From Camelus dromedarius (lineage: Eukaryota), in contig NC_087436.1 in NCBI RefSeq assembly GCF_036321535.1, forward strand, positions 116,748,001 through 116,812,000: a stretch of DNA of 64,000 nucleotides. Reading direction: 5' to 3'. The first letter of the stretch is position 1; each line of letters starts with the position of its first letter. Below the pieces are notes generated by a model. It was given only the letters and a program-made list of their open reading frames with translations, made no database searches and was not told the origin of the DNA. Below, piece by piece: positions 1 through 11,040 of this stretch. The position numbers were made by a program, and so were the translations under genes.

Positions 1-311
1 TCTGCCTCTAAGTAGGTTCCACGTTGCTGTTTATAGTTCGTGGGCCGGGAGGCAGAAGCCTGCAGTGCTTGGGAGAAAGCAAAAGCATGACGATGGAAGA
101 GGAAGAACAATAGTAGGAGCTCCGACTTGCACGGCTCTGTGTAGTCCGCATCCGAAGTCCCCGATAAGAGCTAATGCCCCAGCAATAGGATCCCTATTTT
201 ATTAAGGGGGTGGAAGTGAAGAACGTCTATGCAGCTTGTTTAAAGTTGCACAGCAGTTTGCATTAGAGGAAGAATTGTGGTACATGAGGGATGCGGGTGT
301 GCCTATGTTGC

Positions 312-364
312 AGAGAGAGCAAAGAATGAGAGAGAGAGAGACAGAGAGGAGGCAGAGAGAGAGA
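312..364. repeat. Imperfect (GA)n purine-rich microsatellite
   Basis: agagagag...gagagagagagagacagagaggaggcagagagagaga. Confidence 0.8.
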
Positions 365-567
365 CCTTTAAGACCTCTTCCAAAAATTTTAGTCCAGCTC
401 CAGCATTGCCCTGGATAACCTCCTTGGCAGAAGCTTCAGAAACCAAAAGCTCACTCATCGCCTTTCAAGTTTAGACTATAGCATTGTTGACTCTAATGAC
501 TGAAGAAAAAGAATTCATTGAGCTGAAAATAGAAGGTTGTGTGGTGTAGTGAAACAGAATCCAGGCT

Positions 568-797
568 CTAGATTTGCAAATATTAACCACTATATATAAA
601 AATAGATTTTTAAAAAACAATTTTTTCTGTGTAGCACAAGAAACTACATTCAATATCTTATAATAACCTTTAATGAAAAAGAATATGAAAATGAATGTGT
701 GCGTATATATGCATGACTGGGACATTGTGCTGTACACCAGAAATTGGCACGTTGTAACTGACTGTACTTCAATTAGAAAAAAAAAAAAAAGAAAGAG
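568..797 (+). mobile_element. 5'-truncated L1 3' end (camelid/artiodactyl type) with poly(A) and target-site duplication
   Basis: Typical L1 tail gcatgactgggacattgtgctgtacaccagaaatt...gtaactgactgtacttcaatt plus A-run; 12-bp TSD agaatccaggct at 556-567 and 798-809. Confidence 0.9.
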
Positions 798-952
798 AGA
801 ATCCAGGCTTTAAATATTGGGCAATTCTGGGATTGAGGTCTAAAATATTGCACTTTGTATGTGACAGAAGAATTTAACATCACTGCGCCTTGAATATCTC
901 ACCCATGGAGTGATAATGATGTCCTCCCTGAGAAAAGACACGTAAATCTCCT

Positions 953-1111
953 GCAGTGACACCATCCAGAACTTTCTGCAATGATGGAAATGTTCTAAAT
1001 CAGAACTCCCCAAGATGGTAGCCATTTGCTACATGTGGATATTGAAAACTTCAAATGTGACTACTGCCACTGAGAAACTAAATGTCTTAATTGACTTTAA
1101 GTAGCCCCATG
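953..1111 (+). mobile_element. MER3-like hAT-Charlie DNA transposon fragment
   Basis: agaactttctgcaatgatggaaatgttcta...ggtagccatttgctacatgtgg...ttcaaatgtgacta...actgagaaacta resembles the MER3 consensus. Confidence 0.75.
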
Positions 1112-1647
1112 ATCATGCATAAACCTATGGCCTCATTTGTTCCCCACGACAACTTTGTGAGCTGTGTGATGCAGAAAGTCTTTTCTTGTTTTATTGATGA
1201 GGAAATTGAGTCTCAAAGGAGATCCTGCTAAAATCTCACGTGGGCATCTCATGCCATCAGCAGGCTCCTAAGCTCAGGAGCTATAAGGAGCCCCCACCCA
1301 CCCAGCCCAGCTGGCACACGCAAGCCCTGAGGCCAGTCAGGCACAGCCTGAGCAGAGAAAGTGTTTTGCACAACGAGCCACGCAACTGACAAAGTATTAT
1401 TCGTTGTGTCAGTGCTAAGGCATTCTGTCTAAACAATTTCCCATCACCAATAGGAGAGGGCTGCCTGGGTGAAAGGCTCTGAGTCATTCAATCAGTTTCA
1501 CATGGCCTCACTCAGCAGTACAAGAAAGGGCTTACAATTTGATGTTAGACTGTGCTTTGCATTAGCCAGAAATGTCTCCAACTCACCCGATCAAGTGTAT
1601 TCTTAGAATGCCTTCAACACACTGGCTTTTGACCTTGATATACACTG

Positions 1648-1845
1648 GCATTTCTGTGTCCCTGACACCCGACAAATTCGTATGTTGAAGTCCTAACCCA
1701 TAGCACCTCAGAATGTCACCATATTTGGGGATAAAGTGGTATTTAAGGTAAAATGGGGTCATTAGAGTGGATCTTAATCTAATATGGCTGGTATCCCTAT
1801 AAAAAGGGGAAATATGGACACAGATGTACCGAGGAAGACCAGTCC
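1648..1845 (+). mobile_element. MaLR LTR fragment (MLT1A/MLT1B-like)
   Basis: aaattcgtatgttgaagtcctaaccc...cctcagaatgtcaccatatttgg...ggtcattagagtgg...ctaatatggctggtatccctataaaaagggg. Confidence 0.75.
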
Positions 1846-1858
1846 AAGCAAACTTACA

Positions 1859-2213
1859 CAGATACCCTTTGGTATCATGGGGGATTGGTTCCAGGACCCT
1901 CACAGATACCAAAATTCATGGATGCTCACATCCCTTATATAAAATGGTGTCCTGTTTGCCAATAATATGCACATATCCTCATGTATACTTTATTTAATCT
2001 CTGGATTACTTATAATACCTAATAGAATGTAGAGGCTATGTGAGTAGCTGTAAATACAATGTAAACGCTGTGTAAATAATTGCTGGTGCACAGCAAATCC
2101 AAGGGGTTTTTTTTCTTTATGGAACATTCTGGAGTTTTTGTTCCCCAAACATGTTCAATCCATGGTTGGCTGAATCCACGGATGCAGAAGCTGCAGATGC
2201 AGAGGGCTGGTTG
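1859..2213 (+). mobile_element. MER2B-like Tigger (Tc1/mariner) MITE
   Basis: gggggattggttccaggaccc...ataccaaaattcatggatgctca...ggattacttataatacctaata...ggttggctgaatccacggatgcagaa. Confidence 0.85.
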
Positions 2214-3129
2214 CATTTATTTGCTCAGTCATCCCAGGTGATTCTAGAAAGCGGCACAGGTGAGAAATCCCAGCTTTAACTCACCAAGGAACAGCAGTCA
2301 TCACACTTATGTCAATAGCAAGGATGATAATAATAAATTAAAGCATGGTAAGTTTTTCAAATTAATACATCACTTTCACAAACATGTTCACAATGTGGTT
2401 ATGAGAATTAACCATTCTTCCTAATTTATAGACGAGCAACTGAAAACTCCGAATCTACAATTAATAAAGACAGGTCATGCACACTAGTTCCTGGGCTACT
2501 CAATCTTGAGCAAATCCTCTTCATCTTATTACCTGCTTTTCACCCAAACCATCCTTGAGCAGGGTGAGCATGTGTCCCAGTTTGCTCAAGACATTCCAAG
2601 TCCTCGGTGGTTTCCCAGAGTAATTGTGAACAGTGCTTTCACTCTCAAAAGCATCTGGGTTTATGTAACTTATCACATGGTCAACTTACAGATAAGCCAC
2701 ATTTGACAGTAAAGGTTTTCCTGCTGTGGTTACAAATTCCCACAAGAGCTGTTGATAAGGTAGGGGAATGTCTTCGTGCAATCCGTATCTCACAGACACA
2801 TGTATTGGGTAAATCACAGGTTGGATAATGGGTTGGATGACAGGGCACACTCAAGTGCCCAATTCAGGAGACCAGGACCCCGATTTCACCTGCTTCTGGC
2901 TTGCAGTGGGGGCTTAGGTAGAATGAAGGAGTTAAGCTGATAACCCTAAGGTCACTCCATCTTTAAATCTCTGGTTAATTTGATGAGTGCTGAATATGTT
3001 TAAGGGAGTGTGGATGGGATAATAAATGAAGAACGATCAGTGTGTTCCAGGGTCTTTTGGGGAGGTAGGACATATGTGTACTAGTGATGATTTGCCCCAG
3101 AACATCTGAAATTTACATCTGTTGGTTTT

Positions 3130-3395
3130 TTATAGTAGCAAACAAGCCTCAGAAAGGTCAGCTGCTTCCCACATAAAGGTTTATCATTTTGTTCCCATGA
3201 GGTGTGTTGTGAGGCCAGCAGTCCCCAGAGCAGATCCCTTCCAGGCAGTGATTCAGGGATTCAGCCTCACATCTTGCAGCTGCACCACCTGGAGCAGGTG
3301 TCTGAGACAGGGGGAGAGGGAGCTGGGCAGCAGTGACGTACTTCCTTTCTGCTCACACCCCATTGTCCAGAACTAGTTGTGTGGCCCTGCCTAGC
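3130..3395 (-). mobile_element. Degenerate old MaLR LTR (MLT1I/J-like)
   Basis: aaggtttat...gtgattcaggga...tctgctcacaccccattgtccagaactagttgtgtggccctgcctagc. Confidence 0.5.
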
Positions 3396-3596
3396 ACCTG
3401 GGTTCCCTGATAAACCCCTCCCTTTGGAATTCAGTCCCAATCTAACACTTCCACCTCATGGCCTACGAGCTCCAACTGTCATGAGAGGGCAGCTGTCCTC
3501 ATGCCTTGGCACGCTGCTGTCCCCTCCTGCCATGGTGTCCCCCCCACCCCACCCAACAACATGCAGGCCCCAAGGTCCACTTGGGTGATGTCTGCT

Positions 3597-4064
3597 TGCA
3601 TCAGTTTCCTAGGGCTGCTATGACAAATTACACAAGTTTCGATAGCTTAAAGCAACAGAAATTCATTCTCTAACAGTCCTGGAGATCAGAATTGTGAAAT
3701 CAAGGTTGTCTGCAGGATGATGCCCTCTCTCCTGGCTTGGTGGTTGTCAGCAATTCCTGGCACTCCTTAACTGGGACCTGCCTCACTCCAGTCTCTGCTT
3801 CCACATGATGTGACCACTTTCCCTCTGGGTCCACGTCTTCGCATGGTGTTCTCTCTGTGTATCTGACTCTGTGCCTTTTTTTTTTTTTTCCTGTTCTTGT
3901 AAGGACACAAGTCACATTGGATTAAGAGCCCACTCTATTCCAGGATGAATTCAACTCACATCTTAACATCTACAAAGTCCCTCTTTCCAAATAAGGTCAC
4001 TTTTGCAGGTACCAGGGGTTGAAACGTCAACATATTTCTTTGGAGGACACGATTCAACCCATAT
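3597..4064 (-). mobile_element. MaLR solo LTR (MLT1B/C-like)
   Basis: Starts tgcatcagtttcctagggctgctatgacaaatta; contains caacagaaattcattctct...tcaaggt, aaggacacaagtcacattggattaag, ttccaaataaggtcac; ends gacacgattcaaccc. Confidence 0.85.
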
Positions 4065-7000
4065 CACTGCTTGAGAAGCCTCCCCAGCTGCCCTGGAGCA
4101 GAGCTGCTCCCTTCCCTTCCACCTCTGGGTTCTCACAGATCACATGCCACATACTGTGAGGGTGGCGCCCGTTGCAATGTGGGAGTTACTGGTTTGCACA
4201 CCTCTCCTGCCCACTTTGTGGACAGGGATGATGTCCCGTGTACCCTTGACATCTGTCTGGCAGCATCTCTCATGATGCCAGATGTCATCTAGCCTAGTCT
4301 AGATGAAAAAACACGGGCTTTGGAGACAGGTGTTCCTTCGAGTTCCAACCCTGCCACCTCCTAACCATGTGACTTAGAAGAAGATATTTAGCCTATAAGA
4401 TTTTCATTTTTTTTCATTTTTAAGTTGGGAATAAAAACCCAAACAAGCCCAACTTAAGCTGCAAAAAGGAATTCATTCTTCCCCAAAGAATACCCAGTCC
4501 AACTGTGCATTTTACCCAAGTTCCTGCCAGTGCTTATAGTGACTGGTCCTTCCTTGTCTCTGATGACTTTTACTAATCTGAATGAACCTGAAGGGAAAAG
4601 TCAAATTGCTCTCCCGAGCTCTGCACAGGAAGGAAGCTGAAGAGCTTCAGAAGGCTGAGCAGTGACAGGTATTTCAAAAAACCGAAGTTTGACTGGGAAC
4701 GCTGGGAGCAGGGAGGCACGTCTGAGAAGCAGGAGGACAACTGAACGCACTGAAAGCAATTAGCGCTCAAAATGCACCGCCTCTCGGAGAGCAGCAGAGG
4801 CCCACCAGGCAGAATCGGGGCTGCGGTGTCATTTTCTCTTCTGTTAGATCAAATGTGGAAAGGTAGAAAGCGTGAAGCTTGAGTTGCAGAGGAAACGACA
4901 GGCAAATGCCGTAAATAGAACTAATTAACTTCAGCTTCATTCTCAGGTTACAAAAGGGCCGAGTGCGCAGAGCAAGCCGGCAGGGGAGCAGTGGGGGCCC
5001 TGCGCCTGCCTACTGACCCAGGGATAACGTGTACGATTCCTCCCAAAATGACTGCCCAGGTGTCTCCTTTTATACCCAGAGCTTCCTGTGGGACACTTTT
5101 TTGAAATAAATATTCATTCTCCCTCCTTAGTCTTTCTTCCGTGTCTCCTCTTTTCTCAAAATCTTTCCCTGAAATCCCCACTGGCTTCTGTCCCCCTTCT
5201 CTGAGCTCTGGAACTTTCAAGAAGCTAATGTTGGCCAAAGAGAGGGAATGTCACATAAGGATTCGGGGCAGGGCTCGTGGTGAGACCGTCAGTCTGGACT
5301 CAGAGCCCTCCCTGTGTGATCTTAGAAGGTAACTGAACCACCCTGGGTGAAATGGAAGTCCTTATTCTAACCTCAGTGGTTGTCCTTACTATTACAGGAC
5401 TAGGTGAACACAGCCCATGGCCATCATCTTTATGTGGCAGAGCGCCCAGCACTGTTTAACCTGCCCCCTCTCACCCAGGCTCACAGGGCTAACACAGGAA
5501 GTCACTGAAATATTGCGTGTGAAGGCGCATAACGATGTCCAGCGCTTCTTATGTTGCCGGTCCGATTACAATGAGGTCTGCTTCCTGCATGTATGTCTTT
5601 CAGCCCAATTTCATTCCTACTGTTCAGTACAGTGTGAAACAGTTATAAAAGCTTAGAGGAGAAGGATGACCGAATGCTTGGCCTTCGGAGAACTTGCAGA
5701 CACCCAGGCCGGCACCCCGGCCAAGGGGAGAGGGCATTAGTTCTAGAGTCTGGTCTTCCTGGATCAGGGATGACATCTCCATCCAACTGCTTCTCTCACT
5801 TCCCTCACCTGCAAACTGGGACCACAGTCGAACTTCCCATCTAGGGAAGGAGAATTAAAGGAGAGAATGTGGATGGACTGTTAGCATAACACCTGCACCC
5901 CGTGAGTGCTGAGTGAACTCCAGCTCTCATCTGATCCTCTGAGAAAGCTACAACCCACTAACAAGGACGATGCGAACGGTCACCATGATTAGTTGACAGC
6001 ACAAATGACGATGCTCTCAACCCGAGATACTGTCCATGCCTCAACTTAAGAACGTCTAACTCAGCTTTAATTCTATAAACAAAAAGAAGCTCCAGATCTA
6101 AAATGCTTCCCTGTGTTTGCTTATCTGGAGCTATGTTTGAGGTATTTTTAAATTATTTAGTTCATGATATGCAATAAATGCAACAGTAGTGAGAGCACTG
6201 ACAGAGGTGGAAACAAAGATGGAGAATTTTTATGTGAAAAGTGAATAAAAATGAGTGGTGTCGTCTGGTTTAGGTACCACGACTCTTTCAATAGTAGGAA
6301 TATTCTGGAAGACAAACAGTGAATCTGTTGTTTGAAAAGTGTGGCCAGTGTGCAGAACAGCATGAATCAGAAGAAGAGGAGAATGGCTGCCAGACCCCGA
6401 GCTAGACCGGGCCCAGGGCAGGATGCCCGGCACACAGAGAGCCACTCCACACCCTCGTGGCGTCACAATGTGGTGGAAGAAGCAAAGGTTCCACAAACAG
6501 CCACACAGAGGTCAGATATGCTAACTGAAAGTTGTTATGTTGTGACACGTATGAAATGCTAGGCAGATTGCCTGGACAAAATAGAAGTCCCCCACCCTCT
6601 ACGGGTTAAGGATGTCATGGGCATACTTCATGGACCAGGAGCCCAGCAAGCATGATGGTGGGTGTGGAGGAGGTCAGATAGACGTGGACAGAGGAGGTGG
6701 TATGGAGGGAAAAATCTCCAAGAATGGTGATGGCTCGGTCTGGGGGTACCAGGTGGTAAAGGATGGTTCTGGGACTCTTCCATGCACAACTGGTGAGAGA
6801 AGGGGCCACTTGCAGAACCGAGGGAGCCTGCAGAGATGGAGGTCGGAAGGACAGGAGTTTACATTTTGAACATTTTAATTTTTAGATGCTTGTGAGGCAT
6901 TTAATTGTAGGCACCTGGTGGCCACCCCATCAAAGGGCTGCCCAAGCCATCAACCACTGTTCAATATCACAACTTAGTCTGTGAATCAAGTGCCACGCAT

Positions 7001-7337
7001 ATCAAGCCCTTGATTCATAAAAAGAGGCTAGGAGTTCAAACAAAAAGACCTTAGAAGCAGACACACGAATTTTTATTTCATTGTCATTAGCTGTTTGACA
7101 TAGAAGGACAATTGGGAAAATCCTTTTGTGACTTGAGCTGCACTAAAATGTAGAAATAATTCCTGTGTCTCCAAGAGACTTGGAGAATGAAGAGAGATAG
7201 AAAATGTTTCATTGGCTGACACTATAGTTTCCCTTTTCCCTTTTCCATTTCGCTTTCTCTCCTCTCTTGCCCTCTTACTTGGTGATGGGGCTGGAGTATA
7301 TTACTAGACATAGAATTAAAGATCACTGAAATTGTTA

Positions 7338-7490
7338 TATAATGAAAAAGAATGTGAAAACAAATATATATATGCAAAAATATATATATTATGCTGTACA
7401 CCAGAAATGGATACATTGTAACTGACTATACTTCAATTAAAAAAAAAGAAAGTTAAGAATTTCATTAAAAGTCAAAAAAAAAGGAAAGAA
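7338..7490 (+). mobile_element. Short L1 3' end with A-rich tail
   Basis: tataatgaaaaagaat...atgctgtacaccagaaat...cattgtaactgactatacttcaattaaaaaaaaa. Confidence 0.85.
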
Positions 7491-7526
7491 AACTTACTTG
7501 CCTTACCCTAAGTTCCTAACTATTTC

Positions 7527-7578
7527 AGATAGAGATAGATAGACAGACAGACAGGTAGATAGATAGATAAAAAGACAG

Positions 7579-7616
<38 letters not shown>

Positions 7617-7617
7617 T
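7527..7617. repeat. Compound (GATA)n/(GACA)n microsatellite
   Basis: Read directly: agatagagatagatagacagacag...gatagatagacagacagacagacaga. Confidence 0.9.
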
Positions 7618-7895
7618 AGCTGTACAGATCTATAAAGCTAGGTTAGGTACACATATCAATACAGATACACCAAGTCTTCTCAACTTACTTTCCGACAACA
7701 CAATGATCTGAAAAATGTCTAGCTCCCTGTAATTGTGATCCGTCCTCTCCAGCCATTTCATTTTCTTTCTCTTCCTCGGAGCATCTGAGGCAGAGGCAGT
7801 ATCTATCCTATCACCTTCCCCTCCTGTCTCTGGTCTCCAGCCTTCTGCCCTACCCACTGCTGCCCATCCTAGAGCAGAATACAATTAAATGACTT

Positions 7896-7910
7896 CCTGC
7901 AGATGGCAGC
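7896..7910 (+). promoter_or_regulatory. CTCF-like motif (one mismatch)
   Basis: CCTGCAGATGGCAGC versus CCASYAGRKGGCRS. Confidence 0.35.
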
Positions 7911-8170
7911 TGGCGCTGGGCCTTTCTGAGAGAGGATGTGTACCTTAGACACCCTGGAAACGCTTTTCAATCAATATGCTCTGGGCAGGGGTCACAGAGG
8001 GTACTTACATCCTTTAGAATTCTGCAGGAGCTGACCTCATCACGTTGACCCAGAGATGACTAGACGCCAGGAGGAGCAGGAGGGACCGAGGAGGTCAGAA
8101 GGGAAGGCTTTCATTGTGTTGCGATGGGACGTGAAAGCGGACCAGGAAACGCTGATTCCCTAAAGTGGCC

Positions 8171-8270
8171 CTGGCATTTGGCAGGACTGGTGTGGAATGG
8201 AAGAAGGGGGAGGGCGGTGTCTGGCATTTGGCAGGACTGGTGTGAAATGGAAGAAGGGGGAGGGCGGCGT
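8171..8270. repeat. 50-bp tandem duplication, 2 copies, 48/50 identical
   Basis: ctggcatttggcaggactggtgtg(g/a)aatggaagaagggggagggcgg(t/c)gt at 8171-8220 and 8221-8270. Confidence 0.97.
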
Positions 8271-8794
8271 CTTTTATGTTTCTCCTCAACACTTTTTGTA
8301 AATACCTTCATTACAGCCCTTGTTCGTTTCCCTATCCGTTTATTCAGCGAATGTGCATGGAGATAAGTGTGCGTGGGGGTTAACCACCCTCAATTCTGCT
8401 GACCTGTATTAGGGGGCTGCCTACTACAGCATGCATAGGACAATAGTGCCTGCCTGACTTGTGGTAGGTGCCCCATAAACAATGATTTATTGGTGTAATT
8501 ACTGAAGAGGTGTATGAATTTATGGATGGATGAATAGATAAATGGATGAATGAATGAATGAAAAGAAATGATACTCAGCCCAGCCTATGAAATGGTGTGA
8601 AAGGAGCATAGGAATGAGTTATATTAGAGGAAAGAAAGATGAAATTTCCCACCCTGCTGTGTTGCTAGAGTTAATTGTATTGGCTCCTCCCTTCCTAGCC
8701 TTCACACAGTCTATTTGGAGAGAGAACGTCTCCGTTATCTCTGAACCCACAAAGCATAGCACAGGGCTCAGCATTGAGAGGAAAGCAGGGACAT

Positions 8795-8980
8795 AAACGG
8801 CTGAGCACACGCAGGTTGGAATCCCGGCTCAGCCACGTGCTACCTGGGAGCCCGTCGGCCCGTCCTTGGGGATCTGGGATCTTCATTTTCTCCTCCATAT
8901 AATAAAGGTCATGAGAGTGTCCCTCAGCTTATCTCACAGGATGGTGACAGAGTCCTAAAGGGGACAAACGGGTGTCACAA
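8795..8980 (+). mobile_element. MIR-like ancient SINE fragment (one example; many other MIR/L2 relics are scattered through the window)
   Basis: ggttggaatcccggctcagccac...ccttgggg...cttcattttctcctccatataataaagg...tctcacaggatggtgacagag. Confidence 0.55.
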
Positions 8981-10599
8981 TCAGTTGTCATCCATCAAGA
9001 CAGCCTTGTTCAAGACACATCAGCATCTCAGGTGCAAAATGACAGACAGGAGACCCAGTTCCACTCAGCTGTACAGTGTTGAGTCAGCGTCCACATGGTG
9101 AAGAATTTTCTCAGAAAATAACGTGATGCCCAGAGTGGGACCCCAGTGAGGCTGTTCTCTGGTCCACCCCTTAAATACTGTCCATCCTTGGTTATTTCTG
9201 GCTCCCGCAGCTCTCGGAGGTCCTCAAACACCATGCCTGGACCAGGGCTGGCTGGCAGCATCAGGAGCACCAGGCAGGGCTTTTTTTTTTTTAATTTTCA
9301 AAATTTGTATGAAATATTCTTAAAGGTTTAAAAACAATAGGTTATTGGACATCCCTCACGGAGGTTCTAATTCCTTAAATCTTGAGAGAGACTGTGACTG
9401 TCTATCTATAAAGGACCCCCAAGTGAGCAGCCATGGGGGGGACCACTGTCCTCTCACACCCTGCGGCCTTACACCCTGTGCTGTACCTCTGGGAAGACGT
9501 TCCCTGGGGGTGGGGGCGGGGAGCGCCTCACACGTACATGTGCAAACGCCCTGCCCTTGGCTGAAACCCTAAAGCTTTGGTTGAGGTCTTTTCTAGGTGT
9601 GGGCATCCCCTCTCCCAACCTGGAAAGATGTTAGGGTCTCCTCACTCCTGCTTGGCCAGAACCCTCTTCCGGTTCCTGGGACGGGTGAACCATTAGGAGG
9701 CTTCCCAAGCAAACACTTAATTGCCTTGGCTCTCAGTTGCTGGTATATTTTGGGAAGGTGAGACCCTCCTCATTCCTCTTCCTTAAAACACCAAGCCAGA
9801 TCAGCTTTAGTTATAATTCCTAGTTTTTGACGAAGCCTGTGAGGGAGGCCGGCACTGCTGTCCTCACTGAAGGTGAAGAGACAGAGGCCAATGCCTACAG
9901 TTCGTCCCAGGCAGCGAGGAGCTGAGCCATCTCCAGGGGCCTCCAAGGCCCCTCTGCCCCTCTGCTCCATGCTGCAGTGCCCCGGGCGTCTTTCTCGGGG
10001 CCGTCATACCCTGGTGAGCAGTGGAGAAACAGACTGTGCCTTTTAGGAAATGGACATCAGTTCAGAGAGGAAAAGAGAGTAAATGACGTCAGAGGCAGAT
10101 GTCTGCCAGCTGCAGCAAGTCCAGGGATGACTCGTGAGAGGCTGTGTCGATGTCCTCTGAGCAAGCGTCTAACCTTGGGTAGAAATCTGAAGGACAACTG
10201 GAAAAGTAAACAGAGTGAAGACAAATAAACAAATAAATAAACTTCCCATCTGAGGAAACCACATGGAGAAAGACCTTGAATTTAAAGGGATAATGACCTT
10301 TTTGAGGAAATGAGAGGTCAGTGTGGCCTGAGTTAAGGAGGAAGATTGGGGTAAACCTGAGAAGGCTGTCAAAAGCCAAGCCATGTGGGCCATGTGGTCT
10401 TTGCTCTGAGAAAGAGGAGACACTGAAAGTTTCAGGCCTGTGATGGGCATAAACAGATACCTTTTAAAATATCTGTATCTGGAAGTATCTGAAAACAGAT
10501 AGAGGAGGACAAGAAAGAGGAGGCATGGGACGACCAGCGAAGAGGCTGCTCTCCAAGTGAGAGACGTCGGGCTGCTTAAATCTACCTCCTTGTCTGCTA

Positions 10600-11040
10600 A
10601 ACCCTGTCCCGAACATCAGTTTCCATAGGAGCAGAGCCTGCAACAGGGATTGGTGAGAGATTGACTTAGGAGGGAGTGCTGGCAGGAGCACACCACCAGG
10701 GAGCAGGGTAACCAGGAGGGGCCAGAAGAGTTGAGGGAGGCCTGGCCTGACCCCGCCCATGGGAACCTCCCCGGTATGAGCATCACTGAGGTTGTCCATC
10801 CCACACAGAGACAAGGAGCTGGATCAGTCACTGGCTCCGGATGCCCGTGGAGATGAGAGTGGAGAATGCAACTCTCAGGCATCCCCAGGCCAGGGGGCTC
10901 TTGTCTGTCAAAGGAAAAGGGTGTTCCGAAAAGGGTGCAAGTCTTAGCTGTTACTGGTTACCCCCACTAGCAGGAGAAGGGGTCCGCTGGCCCAGTAAAG
11001 GAGATGCACTGGGGGTACCAGTGGTATCTGCTTTGTCTCC
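10600..11040 (-). mobile_element. LTR16-like ERVL LTR, degenerate
   Basis: gtttccataggagcagagcctgcaacagggatt...agggagtgct...cccatgggaacctcc...ggatcagtcactggct...gcaactctcagg. Confidence 0.45.

Noticed and set aside
6088..6132. 10-bp inverted repeat agctccagat/atctggagct with 25-nt spacer
   Set aside because: Single short stem, expected occasionally by chance; no supporting context.
7527..8270. Repeat arrays considered as CRISPR-like or other repeat-spacer systems
   Set aside because: Simple microsatellites and a two-copy tandem duplication with no unique spacers; the DNA is mammalian.
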